Shown: in pieces, positions 8,355-28,693 of the stretch | How positions within the stretch are numbered: the stretch's first letter is position 1 | How the letters are laid out: each line of letters opens with the position of its first letter | DNA from: Pseudonocardia sp. | GTDB taxonomy: Bacteria > Actinomycetota > Actinomycetes > Mycobacteriales > Pseudonocardiaceae | Assembly (NCBI RefSeq): GCF_050246655.1 | Contig: NZ_JBFWVQ010000018.1 | Location: forward strand, 9,088 to 73,087 | Length of the DNA: 64,000 bases | Direction: 5' to 3' | Notes under the pieces: generated by a model | Databases searched by the model: none | Told to the model about the DNA's origin: nothing | The model's input: only the letters and a program-made list of their open reading frames with translations | Position numbers and translations under genes: made by a program

Positions 8355-10789
8355 TTCGACGACCGCAACTCGTCGACGAGTTTGCGGACGTCTGCAATGG
8401 CATCGCAGAGATCGCCGTCGATGCCCTCGTGGCTCCCCTTGCCGCACACGCCTAGACCCCGGTCGCGCCACGGCCGCTGCCGTATCCACGCCTTGACGTC
8501 TGCTCGTGGGTTCGCATGCAGTGCGAGCGCCACCCGTTGTGGTCCGTTTCGGACCTTCTCCCATTCCACCTCGACGGCCTCGCGGGCCCGTCCGCCGGTG
8601 AACGCCCTGGCGAAGAACGCATCGCGTGCCGCGGACTCGAACGCCTGACGGCACAGTTGCGGGATGACCAGGCGGCGCACGTCGTCGGGTACGTTCGGAT
8701 CCGCGGCGAGCGACTCCGCGTCAGCGAGGTAGCGCGCAGCCGGATCGCTGCACTTGTCGATCGTCACCACCGACTTCTCCGCCCGATGCACTTGGACGAT
8801 CCGCGCACGGGGCGCCAGCCGGCGCGCGGACTCAGCCAGCCGGTCGTCGTGGGTGAAGACGATGACTTGCCTTGTCCTTGCGACGTCGGTGAGCACGTCG
8901 ACCAGTCCGTCGATCTTGCTCGGATCCATGGCCTGGACGGGATCGTCGAGCACGACGAACCGGAACGGGCTCTCCGCGCGGGTGGCACGCGGCAGGAACA
9001 ACGCCAACGTGATGGCGTGTAGTTCGCCGGTACTCATGACGCTGAACGCACCGGCCTCGACACCGTCGACCGTGCCCACGACGTCGACGCGCCTCTGGTT
9101 GTTCTTGGTCGGGTTGGGCAGCCGGATACGCGCGATGTCGACGTTGCTCTCCTGCCGCAGCACGTCCCAGATCTCTGCCGTGCGGGCCGCGAGCGGCTCG
9201 AACTGCTGGTTGCGCAGCAACTCGACGTTGTTCCGCAACCAGGTACGGGCGGCCCCGACGAGCGCGGCGCGTTCTCTGACGCCATCGGCCTGGTCCGCGA
9301 GGTGCAGCCATGCTCCGATCCGGGTGGCGAGCGGCAGCCACACGCTCTGCCGTTCGGCCACCGCCCTCTCCGCCTCATCACGCAGCGTGGTCAGTGCGTG
9401 CACCAGTTCGTCGACGTGGGTCGCGATGAACTCGGCGTACTTGTCGTGGTCCTCCGGGCCGGTCAGGACGCTCGTGACCACACCGTGCGCGCGGCCGAGC
9501 GCGGTGAGCTCGACACCGGCGACGGCCTCGGGCACGCGCAGGTCGCTCATCAAGGCCTCCAGGTCGCGACGGCGGTCGGCTACCTCCGCTCGCGCCTTGA
9601 CGAGCCCATTCTTCGCGGTGTCGGCCAACTCCTGCTCGACCCGGACGCGCCAATCGGCGTCGAGCTCGGCCCCGCCGCAGACAGGGCAGGGCCGGTCGCC
9701 GTACGCCGCATGGAGGTCGAGGGCCTCGCGCAACAACCGCGATCGCCGGGCAGCGACATCCGACGCGGCATCTGCTCCCTCGGGTACGGCGGCGACGGCT
9801 GCGCGCAGCTTGTCGACGGCGACCATGATCGCGTCTCGATCCGGAATCGATAGCGTCGCCAGATCTGCCAATGCAGACGTCACGGCGCCGGGCTGACTCG
9901 TGCCGGTCGCAAGGGCACGCAGCTCGGCCCGCCTCGGTGGCCGCTTCGACAGGTACGAATGGGCGGCCGCCGCCCGCTCGTCGTCGGCCTCTTTGAGAGC
10001 CTTCTTCAAGCCCGTCAGCTCAGCCTTCATCCGCTTTTCGGGCTCGGACGCGTCCTTGTACGCGGTGTTGAGCCGGTCCTGGGCGTCGGCGAAACGGCCC
10101 AGGCCGAGGATCGACTCGAGCTTGTTGTACAGCTCGTTCGGCGAGGCCGTCAGCAACCGGCCCAGCTCCTCGTGCGGAAGCAGCGGCGAGCAGTTCTGCA
10201 GGGCCTGCGACCAGCCGAGGCACTCGACGCCCGGCTCCCGCTTCTGTGCTGGTCGTTGCACCCACGTGCGGTGCTGATCGAAGGCGGTCACGTCGGCGGG
10301 CCAGTCGACGCCGACGGTGGTGATACCGACGTCGTCCTCCGCCAACTCCACGCGGATCATCCTGGGACTGTCGCTGTGCAGGTTCGTCCAGCGCGCGACC
10401 CACTCGCTCATGGGCAGTCGTCGCCTGCTGCTGTCGCCGGTCAGCGCGACCTCGAGCGCCTCGGCGAAGCTCGACTTGCCCGACCCGTTGCGGCCAGCGA
10501 CGATCGTCAGCCCCGGTCCGGGATGCAGCTCCAGCATCCGCTCCGGGCCGATGCCGCGGAACCCCGCCACAGTGATCGACCGCAGGTAGGCGCCGACCGG
10601 CTCCGGACTCGGCTCGGGGTCCACGACGTGATGCCGCGGCGCCTCGTAGTGACCGTCCAAGGCCTCGGTCAGCGTCGCGTCGCCGTCCAGCGCGGCGAGG
10701 ACGAGGTACTTCGCACCCTCCGGCAGGTCCGGGTCCTCGGAGGCCAGGTCGAGGACCGCGTCCACCAGCGCCGGGTCGGTCTCAGCCAT
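8351..10789 (-). CDS. SMC/Rad50-like ABC ATPase with zinc hook and C-terminal helical (HEPN-like) domain, RloC-like architecture
   Basis: Walker A GRNGSGKS, coiled coil with CPVC, signature MSTGE, Walker B VVLDDPVQAMD, H-loop FTHD; C-terminus CRQAFE...GKGSHEG. ATG at 10789 overlaps the MTase stop (TGATG). Confidence 0.85.
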   Translation of the reverse strand: MAETDPALVDAVLDLASEDPDLPEGAKYLVLAALDGDATLTEALDGHYEAPRHHVVDPEPSPEPVGAYLRSITVAGFRGIGPERMLELHPGPGLTIVAGRNGSGKSSFAEALEVALTGDSSRRRLPMSEWVARWTNLHSDSPRMIRVELAEDDVGITTVGVDWPADVTAFDQHRTWVQRPAQKREPGVECLGWSQALQNCSPLLPHEELGRLLTASPNELYNKLESILGLGRFADAQDRLNTAYKDASEPEKRMKAELTGLKKALKEADDERAAAAHSYLSKRPPRRAELRALATGTSQPGAVTSALADLATLSIPDRDAIMVAVDKLRAAVAAVPEGADAASDVAARRSRLLREALDLHAAYGDRPCPVCGGAELDADWRVRVEQELADTAKNGLVKARAEVADRRRDLEALMSDLRVPEAVAGVELTALGRAHGVVTSVLTGPEDHDKYAEFIATHVDELVHALTTLRDEAERAVAERQSVWLPLATRIGAWLHLADQADGVRERAALVGAARTWLRNNVELLRNQQFEPLAARTAEIWDVLRQESNVDIARIRLPNPTKNNQRRVDVVGTVDGVEAGAFSVMSTGELHAITLALFLPRATRAESPFRFVVLDDPVQAMDPSKIDGLVDVLTDVARTRQVIVFTHDDRLAESARRLAPRARIVQVHRAEKSVVTIDKCSDPAARYLADAESLAADPNVPDDVRRLVIPQLCRQAFESAARDAFFARAFTGGRAREAVEVEWEKVRNGPQRVALALHANPRADVKAWIRQRPWRDRGLGVCGKGSHEGIDGDLCDAIADVRKLVDELRSSK

Positions 10790-13700
10790 CAGCGCATCAC
10801 CGTCTGGCGGTCCGGGTGGCGGGGGCCGGAGCCTGCGGGGAGGTCGGCGAGGGGGGTCCAGGCGGGGCCGCTGGCGATCGCCGCCGCCATCCGGTCGTAG
10901 GCGTCGAGGACGAGGCGGCGGGTGCGGTACTCGCCGTGGTCGCGTTCCTCGTACTTGCGGACGACGAAGAACGAGTCCAGGACATGTTCGGCTTCGGGGC
11001 GGGTGAGGCCGTAGACGTGTAGGAACGCGGCGTCGAGGTCGGCGCGCAGCAGGGCGCGGCGCTCGGGGTCCCAGCGGAACGGGGGGCCGTCGTCGCCCAG
11101 GTCGTTCGCGTAGGGCCGCAGGCGCCAGGAGGTGTAGGACAGCTCCAGCACGTACGGGATCACCCAGTCGGCCAGCGAGCGGTCGGGCTGCCACGGGGCA
11201 GGCGCGGCGAACGTCGCCGGGGTGGGGCAGGCCAGCTGCTTCACGATGAAGAACTTCATCCCGGTGCCGCTGAGCTTCTGGCGGGCGACGTAGTCGAAGG
11301 CCAGCGACGACCACACCGCGTGCAACAGCGGCCCGTGCTCCGGCTTCGCCGGGAACGCGAGCAGGAACTTGTCGCCGACGGCGCTGGTGGGCAGCACCGA
11401 AGGGACGAACGTGCGCTCGTTCTGCGGTCCCGTGATATCGCGCCAGCCGAGCAGCCAACCCCGTTCCTCGACGAGCCGGCCCACGACGGGAGTCCCGCGG
11501 CGGGAGCGGCGAGCACGGACCGTGCCGTCCGCCGCACCGTCCGCGGAGGCTGTGATCTCCAGCGACTCGTCGGGTGTCGCCAGGTGGCCGACGAGGCGGT
11601 CGTGGACCTCGGGCCGCGCGACCCAGTGGCGGGCAACCGGTTCCAGGTCGGGGTCGTTGTGCATCTCGGCTGTCAGCCGCGGAAGTTCCGTGTCACGGCT
11701 ACCTGGGGCTCGCAATGCATAGGAGCTGAGTCGATGGTCGAAGTGCCAGAGCAGCTTCGCCTCGTACAGGGGCAGGTAGTCGGTGCCGTCGCGGTGGTAG
11801 GACCAGCCGTCGAAGTCGGCGTCGGCGAAGTCGTCCGGCTGGTGGAACAGGCTCGAGTCGTTGGACATGTGGAACAACGTTCCGAACGACAGGCCCCACG
11901 GGTTGCTGCCGCCGTCGCAGATGAGGACGGGGTGGCGGCGATAGACGCCGAGGGTGATCTCGGCGTCGATGCGGGTCAGGAACGTCGGGCAGGTCACGGT
12001 GTTCGGGTTGGCCAGAGCGATCTCCCCGGGTGAGATCTCGAAGGTACGTTCGGGCGTGATCTCATCCGGATGCTTGGCGAGGAACGACATACGTGCCTGG
12101 TCGACTGACGCGGCTCGACCACGCAGCGTCGTGAGCGCGAAGCGAAACTTCCGGTTTCCAACGTCAGTCCAGATCCGAGGGTTCGTCACGAAGTCACGCA
12201 GCTCCGCGAGAGAGCGCTTCGCCACGAGGTCCGCGAAGAACGGGGCCGTGGTGTGGTCAGTGACGAGCCCTGTCGGCGTGATGATCCCCGCAGCACCGTC
12301 AGGGCCGACGATCGTACGGGCCGTCTCAGCGAAGACGCTGTAGGTGTTGATGTCGCCCTGGCCGGTGAGGGGGAAGCGGCCACTCGTGCGCAGGAGGTGG
12401 GAGATGCCATCGGAGCCGCGCAGGGCGCCGAGGTAGGCGTCGTAGAGCGCCGGGTCGTCCTCCTTCAGTCTCTGGATCATCGTGCGGCGGATAGCGGCCG
12501 TCTTGGCGTTGACGATGTCGTCGCGGCCCTTCTCCTCGAAGAACTCCTTGTCCTGGATCTTCACCCGCTCCCAGGGCGGATTGCCGACGACGCAAGAGAA
12601 GCCGCCGATCCAGCCGCTCGACTCGTCACCGCCGTGGTCGGAGACGGTGAAGACCTCGGGGAACTCCAGGTGCCAGTGGAAGAAGCGCAGCTGCTTGTCC
12701 ATGGAGAGACGGATGATCTCGTCGTGCGCGCGCTGCGGGGCGGCGTCAGAGTCCGGGTCCTGGAGGTTGCGGAACACCTCCTGGGTCGGGGCGAGCGGCG
12801 CGTCGGTGACCTTGGGCCAGACGAACGCGGCGCACCAGGCGTCGGCGACGTGCCGGGCGCGGGAGTACTCGTCAGACCCGACGAGGTCGCGGTAGGCGGT
12901 CTCCTGCCGCCGCACCTCGGCGAGGGTGTCGGCGGGCGCGCCGGTGATGCTGCGCAGACCGGCGGCGAACACCGAGTTGGCGACCTTGACCTCCGTGTCG
13001 ATCTCGAAAAACGAGAGCTGGCTGTTGCGTTGCTCCGCGTTCAGCCGCGCCATGGTCCGCGCGACGGCGGCGTCGTCGCCGACGATCGCGGTGAACGCCG
13101 CGTCCGGGATGCCATCGCGCAGCAGCTTCGGGGTGGCGCCGAGGAGGGCGTTGCCGTGCTTCACGTGCGCATCGAGGAAGCCGAGCGGCTTGCCGGGTTC
13201 CAGCGCCTCCAGCCACAGGGATACCTTCGCCAGCTCCACCGCCATCGGGTTGAGGTCGACGCCGTAGACGCAGCGGGCGATCACCTCGTGCAGAGCGGTG
13301 CGGACCGCGTCCAGAGTGGGTTCGGGGTTGCCCTCCCGGACGGCGGCGACCCGCTTGGCGATGCGGCGGGCGGCGGCGACGAGGAAGTGGCCGGACCCGC
13401 ACGCGGGGTCGCAGACGGTCAGCGACAGCAGCTCGCTTGCGATCGCCCCTGCGGAGTCAGCCACGCCTGCGGCCGTCGCGGCCAGCTCGCCGCGCTTGAC
13501 CGCGTCGTCGAGCACCGGGTCGAGCGCGGAGTCGAGCAGCAGCTCGATCAGCGACGACGGCGTGTAGTAGGAGCCGGTGGTCTTGCGGGCGTTGCCCGCG
13601 GCGTTGACCAGCTCGAACGTCAGGTCCGCGGCGCTGTGCCGCGGGAGGAGTTCCAGCAGCGATTCGTAGATCGAGCCCAGCTCCTCGGCGTCCAGGTTGC

Positions 13701-14945
13701 GGTAGTCGACGGCGCGCCAGCGGGCCGAGCCGGGGTCGCGGACTCGGGCGAGCTGCCGCACCGCCTCCAGTAGGTACTCGTTCGCGAGCGACAGCTCGCC
13801 GAGCGGCTCGTCCGCGGCGGTGTCGTCGAAGATCCCGCCGAGCCCGGGCAGCCCCAGCTCGGGGCGGCCGTCCACGTCGCCGAGCGCGTCGAGCACGATC
13901 CGCAAGCCCTGGTAGAGGTCGCTGTGCGCGGTGCCGCGGCGGCGCAGGGCGTGGGCTCGCAGCCGCGCCGTGGAGAAGTAGCGGGCGTAGCGGTCGCGGG
14001 CTTGCGCGTCGGAGCCGGGGTGGTGCAGGGCGTCGCGGTCCTCGGCGACGAACACGAACAGCAGCCGGTACACCAGCCGCAGCAGCGCGGCGTGCAGGCC
14101 CGCGACGTCGACGTTCTCCCGCAGCGCCGCGTTGTCCGGGTGCCGCAGGAAGCCCGTACCGAGCGTGGTGATCGCCGCCTCCACACCGTCGCGGAGCTGG
14201 TCGAGCGCCCGCGCGCCCGCAGTGATCGCCTCACCGCGCCAGCACTCCAGCCAGCACGCCGACGGCGCGGCGCCGTCAGCCACCGCGAACCGGGTGGCGT
14301 GCAGCAGCCGGTAGAGCAGCACGAACTCACTGAACAGCTCGCCGTCGAAGATCGCTTCGAGGTCGAACTCGACGTAGGCGGCGGTGGCGAGCGCGGTGGA
14401 GTCGCGCAGCAGGCGCAGCTGGCGGCCGTTGCTGACGATCCCCCAAAGGTGCGCGTCGGTGCGGTTGAGGCACTCCTGCACCAGCGACTGCGCCGGAATC
14501 GCCCCGGCCAGCCGCTTGTCGAGCGAGCTGTGCCAGGCCGCCAGGTGCACGGGCACGTGCGTCCACCGGTGGCTGACCGGGAAGGACTTGCCGCCGCCGT
14601 CAGCGACGATGCCGGTAGCGCCTAGCGGGGTCAGCTCGCCGAACCCGAGTTCGCTGAACAGCGGCACCAGCCACTGCGTCCGCGCGAGGCCGGTGGCGTC
14701 GACCGGGACGTCGGCCTCCGGCGCGACGGGCAAGCGGTCACGCAGCTCGGTCCACACCGACCGCAGGTAGTCCCAGTGCCGTTCGGCCTCGTCGCGCACC
14801 GAGCGCGACCCGACCACGCGGTAGTCGGCGGGTAAGGAGCCGGGGACGTCCTTGCCCTCGGAGATGCGCGCGAGCATGTCGGCGGGCAGCAGGCCGCCGA
14901 CCGTGTGGATCGCGGAGAACACCTGGGTTCGCGTGACGGCCGACA

Positions 14946-14946
<1 letters not shown>
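10789..14946 (-). CDS. Eco57I/type IIG-like N6-adenine DNA methyltransferase (DrmMI-like), 1385 aa
   Basis: [20 protein letters not shown] (motif I), GNPPW (motif IV), C-terminal TRD. Start [21 protein letters not shown] overlaps the SNF2 stop. Confidence 0.9.
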
Positions 14947-17849
<2,903 letters not shown>

Positions 17850-17856
17850 CTCTTCC

Positions 17857-24071
<6,215 letters not shown>

Positions 24072-24072
<1 letters not shown>

Positions 24073-25934
24073 CAGGTCCCCCCACCAGGTTCGAGCTCGC
24101 CACGAACGACGGCATCGGTCAGCGCCTGCACCAGCCGTTGCCCCAGCCCAGCGGCCTCATCCAGCGCGACACCGAAATGATCGAGCATCCGTAGCTGTTC
24201 CCCTACCCGGTATTGCTCAGCGACCGGCAGACGTGGCAGCTCGACACGACGAACATCGACCCGGTGCGTACCGGTCTTCGTCGCAGCCACTCGCGTCGTT
24301 TCACCACTCCGCAGGACGCCCGCGAGGAACCACGGGTCGAGCTGTCGCGGATCAGGGCGCAGCAGCTGGAGCCCGGGCCCGAGCAGCGCCTCGGTGTCGG
24401 CCTCCACCACGAAGACCGACGGTCTCGACATGACCGTCGGGATGATCACGTCACCGGGTTGCAGCCGCACGCCGTCCACGTCACCGATGACCGATCCGGT
24501 GGGGCCGTGACCTGCCAGGACGTCGGCGGTGACCAGTACCGGCGTGCCGGGCCCGGGACCGAGCTCCAGCGCCCCGACCTGCTGGTGGATGGTCAGCACA
24601 CCCAGCCTCACCAACTCGCCGACGGTGGTGCTCGGCCGTCGGGGGTGCTCGGTCGATGGGGTGAGTTGGGGCAGCGAATCGCCGAGGCGGCCGAGGAGCT
24701 CGAGCAAGCGACGGCGGTCATTACCGATACTGTCGAGGCCCGGACCGGGACGGAGATACCTCCCCGGGGTGAGGTCGACGTCGTCATCAAGCAGGTCGAT
24801 CGTCGGCACGAGCCGGTGTGTGGCCGGATCCTCCTCATCCGCGATCGCCCGGTGCACCCTCCGACCGACCTCCGGCCAGCCGATCTCATCGAGCTTGACC
24901 TGCGCACCCGCGCAGGTGTCGACGAGACGGACACCGTGGTCGGCGTCTGCGCCGTCGACGGCCATCACCCACAGCTGCATCGGTAAATGTGCCGGCGCGA
25001 CCGCTCCGGGCGGGAGGGAGATGACCGCTCGAACAACTCCCCGACGTAGCAGAGCCGCCCGGATTGGCCTGCCCGACCGGCGGGACGCGACCCCGGGAGG
25101 CAGAACGATGACCACGCGGCCACCGGGCCGCACATGCGCCAGGCAATGCTGCACCCACGCCAGTTCGGACTCGCCCTTCGGGGGCAGACCGTACGTCCAC
25201 CGCGGATCGAGCTGCAGCTCCTCGTAACCCCACGCCCGCTCGTTGAAAGGCGGATTGCATACCACTGCGGCCGCGTGGACTCCCGCGAAACCGTCAGCTC
25301 GCAGCGCGTTGCCCGTCTCGACTCGCGCGGCCGGGTGAGTGAAGGCGAGCCGGGACCGCGCAAGGGCGGCCAGGCCCACATCCAGCTCCTGACCGAGAAC
25401 CTCAAGCCCCCGCGGGGCGGCGAGAAGCAGCGACCCCGTTCCGCAGGCCGGATCCAGAACCGGCCCGGCATCAAGGCGGGCCAGCTCGATCATGAGCGAC
25501 GCAAGCTCCGGCGGAGTGGCAGCGAGCTGCCGGGATGAGGCTTCGACGTATCGCGCGCACAGTTGCTCGAAGGCGGTCGTGTTTCCAGCCTCGTCCGCGA
25601 GCTCGTCGATCGCGTTGCGGACTCCGGCATCCAGCTCGACGTCACCAGAAGCCAGGTAGGAGCCCGCTGCAGCCACGGCCTCTGCCATCGAGCCGTCCGT
25701 CTCGGACATCTCAAGCGCCTGCCAGGCCAGCTCGACCAAGGAGTGCGCACCGAGCCTGCCCCTAGCCCGAAGCCATGAGCGCACCTCGACGAGCGGGAAG
25801 GTGGGACTGGACTCACTTCCGCCGACCGGTCGCGGAAAGTCGTCGTACCGACGGCGCCAGTTGCTCACCGCTGCCCGCCCGACACCCGCCAACCGCGCCA
25901 CGTCGGCGGCCGTCACGACAGCCCATTCGTCCAT
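24072..25934 (-). CDS. N-6 DNA methyltransferase (HsdM-like) with N-terminal HTH and C-terminal specificity-like domain
   Basis: HTH TAADVARLAGVGRAAVSNWRRRY; DPACGTGSLL; NPPF; C-terminal LPRLPVAEQ resembling an HsdS TRD end. RBS GAGGAGG; TGATG overlap with the kinase gene. Confidence 0.85.
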
Positions 25935-25953
25935 GCCCGCCTCCTCGTGACAC

Positions 25954-25998
25954 AGCCTAGAGCATGTGTTGACTGCGTCAACAGCGATGGTGCAGAGT
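25954..25998. promoter_or_regulatory. Divergent promoter region with perfect palindrome TGTTGAC-N3-GTCAACA (candidate operator)
   Basis: Palindrome at 25967-25983. Minus strand -35 TTGACG (25976-81) and -10 TAGGCT (25954-59), 16-bp spacing. Plus strand TTGACT (25969-74) and CAGAGT (25993-98). Confidence 0.6.
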
Positions 25999-26051
25999 GC
26001 CGCCGTCACCGCGCGAAGGGCGGAGGGCATGGACCGACAGGAGCGCTCCTC

Positions 26052-26472
26052 ATGACGTACCCGAACAACCCGGGGCAGCCGCTGCCCTATGACCCGTACG
26101 CGCAGCGGCCGTACCCCACAGGATGCGGCGGTCGCCGAGCTGGACAAGGCGTTCGGGAACGACCCCGCCGCGGCGCATGATGTGACCGTGTCCGACTGCG
26201 CCGTGGTCGCCGAGTACGGAATCAAGTCCACACAGGCGACGATCAAGGTCACGAACCCAACCGATGCCGCCCAGTCGTACTCGATCACCGTGAGCGTCAA
26301 CGACAAGGCCGGAACGCGGATCGGGGAGATCAACGCCTTCGCGAATGCGCTCGCACCGGGGCAGTCCGTAACCCTCTCCGGGGACCACGCTCGCGGGCTG
26401 CTGTCCAACGAGTCGACGAAGGCTGGTCCGGCGGCATGCACGGTCGCGAGCGTGAATCGCTTCCCGAGCTGA
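26052..26472 (+). pseudogene. Frameshifted/deleted gene for an FxLYD-like Ig-fold protein with Pro/Tyr-rich N-terminus
   Basis: RBS AGGAG + ATG 26052 (MTYPNNPGQPLPYDPYAQRPYP) is out of frame with the downstream domain (KVTNPTDAAQSYSITVSVNDKAGTRIGE..LAPGQS). Junction near 26119. Confidence 0.55.
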
Positions 26473-26497
26473 TCTGATCCAACCGGCGGGAGTACAG

Positions 26498-26642
26498 GGG
26501 GTGCCCAAGGCGACCTTTGACTACCGGCGCGGTGTGGAGGCGGATGGCCATCTGGCTGCCCGCGCCACCTGGTAGTGGCGACGCCGCCACTACCAGCCGG
26601 GTGGTGACCCACCGACAGTACTGGTCACCGGCTACCCGCTAC
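26498..26642 (+). pseudogene. Degraded fragment of a group II intron RT/maturase C-terminus
   Basis: Reads across frameshifts as GVPKATFDY / AVWRRMAIWL / RATW*WRRRHY / PGW*PT / VTGY, in the order of the actinobacterial maturase C-terminus (GVSKATF.YL..TWRRV..WL..W.WLRRRY.PGWWPT..VTRYRY) as recalled. Confidence 0.5.
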
Positions 26643-26973
26643 CCCGCCCCCGCGACGACCGCGCATCCCGCCACCGACAGCAACGTGACCAGCCCATGGC
26701 GGGACTCCACGACGCTTGCGCGGATCGGGCAGCCCCGACAACACCGCCGCCAGCCCCGGCGCCGCCGCGACCGGATCGGGCACCTTCACCCGGCCACTCG
26801 ATCGAGCACACCAGGGACCAGCGAAGATACGACTGCGGGCACGGCTCTCTTCCGATGATCACGGTTGGCATAGGAACCACCATGATCACCACAGAGGCCG
26901 CGTCCGTCCCCCTACCCCGACAGCGTGACGCCGCAGCTCAGCGCCCACTCACCGCGACTTTGCCGAGCCCCTG
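26641..26973 (-). mobile_element. ISAs1-family IS remnant (left end and broken transposase N-terminus)
   Basis: Terminal-repeat-like CAGGGGCTCGGCAAAGTC from 26973. GTG 26842 MPAVVSSLVPGVLDRVAG, then after frameshifts LAAVLSGLPDPRKRRGV/RHGLVTLLSVAGCAVVAGA (ISAs1 PDPR..RGVRH motif). DDE core absent. Confidence 0.65.
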
Positions 26974-27163
26974 ACCGCCGACCCGGTCCTGTCCGCCACG
27001 TCGGGTAACTACCCCGTGTGGGACGACGTGGAACTTCCGGATCATCGCGACGGTGGTGGTGAGCTGGGGATGGAGCAGGGCTACGCAATAGCCGGATTGT
27101 GTCAGGGGTCGCACGTACTCTGGCCGACCAGCGAACCTATGCACCGCCACGAGGAGGCCTCGG

Positions 27164-28693
27164 TTGGCAGATCCGGATGCCGAACGGTTGCTGCACGAGT
27201 TCTGCGGCGCCGCCAGCACCGATGTGACGATGTCGTTGCTGCGGTCGCCGGATGCATTGCCGCATCTGGCGTTGATGGCTGCGCACCTGGGCGACGGCAA
27301 GATTGTCGATGGGGAGACGCTCACCGCCAGGATCAACGAGGATCTCCCCCGACTGCGTCGCAGTTTCACCTCGGGCGAGGACGATGCGCTGCTCGCCGTT
27401 CACGACGGCGACACGTTGGTGACGCGGTGGACAAAACGAGGCTGGGTGTATCGCACGGTCGATCCGGACAGCCGGATCGAGCGGTATCAGCTGACCTCGG
27501 GTGCGGAGCAGGCGATCCGGCAGGTACGACATCTGCGGCGGCGGTCTACCACTGCGACGGAGTCGGCGCTGGCAATGGTGATGGCCGAGATCCGTCAGAT
27601 CGCGATGGAGGCCAACCCGGACATCGAGACCCGTCGGGCGGCGCTGACTGAGCAGATCACGATGTTGGAGGCGCAGCGGAACGCCCTCGACAGTGAGGAA
27701 CCGCCCCAGGTCGATCAGGGGGTGCTGGTCGACAAGGTGTCGGCGTTGGTGCAGTTGATCGACCGGATGCCTGGGGACATCGCCCGGTACGGCGAGCGGA
27801 TGCAGGCCAACACCGTTGAGCTGATCCGGCGGAGTTTCGCCGATGACCCGGCTGAGTTCGCCGATTCGCTGCAGCGAATGTTCGAGGGTCACGACGTGAT
27901 CAGCGAGTCCCCGGAGGGGTTGGCGTTCCGCGCGTTCGCGACGTTCATCTCGACGCCGTCGCAGTGCAATCAGCTGGAGTCCGACGTCGCCGAGATCGTG
28001 GGGTTGGTGGATCGCCTCCCGGCGGAGCTGGCCGAGACGCTCACCGGGTTCGTCGGGGCGATGTGGAACCGGGTCCAGGATGTCGAGGGGATTCGCCGGG
28101 TTGCGTTCCGCCGCGGTGGGGACGTGCGGCATTACCGCAGCATGCACCGCCGGATCAACGAAGCCCAGGCCGCGGCGGTGGAGGCGTTTCGTCACACCCA
28201 TGGCGGGCGTGACATCGGGTTCACCGTGCCGATGAGCGGGGTGGACACCGCATCGGTCGGGCGGCTGCGGCTGGACGAGGGACGGGCGGGCACGCCCGAC
28301 CCGCTGGTCACCACACCGGATCCGCCGCTGGATCTGGCCGCGCTGGTGGGGCGGGAGTCGATCGACTGGGCGGTGTTGCGGGCAGCGATCAACACGGCGA
28401 TGGAACGTCACGGCGGCTACGCCGATCTGCACGACATTCTGGGGGAGATCGACCGTCCGCGCGTCGGCGACGTGATCGGGGTGTGGTCGTTGGCGTCGCA
28501 GCACGGGCAGCTCGACACGACCGCGCAGACGACGGTGGTGGCACACACCGCCCGCGGCGCGCGGGAGATCACGCTGCCGTACCTGCTGTTCGGCGAGCCG
28601 ATCGCAAACCCGCTCGCGTTGGTCCGCGCCGACCCCGACGACTCGCGGGCGCTGGGCTCGCAGAACACCCTCATGGAGGTTTCTGATGGGTGA
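27164..28693 (+). CDS. jetA: Wadjet protein JetA (DUF3375)
   Basis: RBS GAGGAGG + TTG; WTKRGWV..R, ATESAL, SPEGLAFRAF typical of DUF3375; first gene of the four-gene operon. Confidence 0.85.
   Translation: MADPDAERLLHEFCGAASTDVTMSLLRSPDALPHLALMAAHLGDGKIVDGETLTARINEDLPRLRRSFTSGEDDALLAVHDGDTLVTRWTKRGWVYRTVDPDSRIERYQLTSGAEQAIRQVRHLRRRSTTATESALAMVMAEIRQIAMEANPDIETRRAALTEQITMLEAQRNALDSEEPPQVDQGVLVDKVSALVQLIDRMPGDIARYGERMQANTVELIRRSFADDPAEFADSLQRMFEGHDVISESPEGLAFRAFATFISTPSQCNQLESDVAEIVGLVDRLPAELAETLTGFVGAMWNRVQDVEGIRRVAFRRGGDVRHYRSMHRRINEAQAAAVEAFRHTHGGRDIGFTVPMSGVDTASVGRLRLDEGRAGTPDPLVTTPDPPLDLAALVGRESIDWAVLRAAINTAMERHGGYADLHDILGEIDRPRVGDVIGVWSLASQHGQLDTTAQTTVVAHTARGAREITLPYLLFGEPIANPLALVRADPDDSRALGSQNTLMEVSDG

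Noticed and set aside
26495-26512. CAGGGGGTGCCCAAG as the right terminal repeat of the ISAs1 relic
   Set aside because: Only the first 6 bases match the left end, no target duplication is evident, and it is better explained as part of the maturase fragment.
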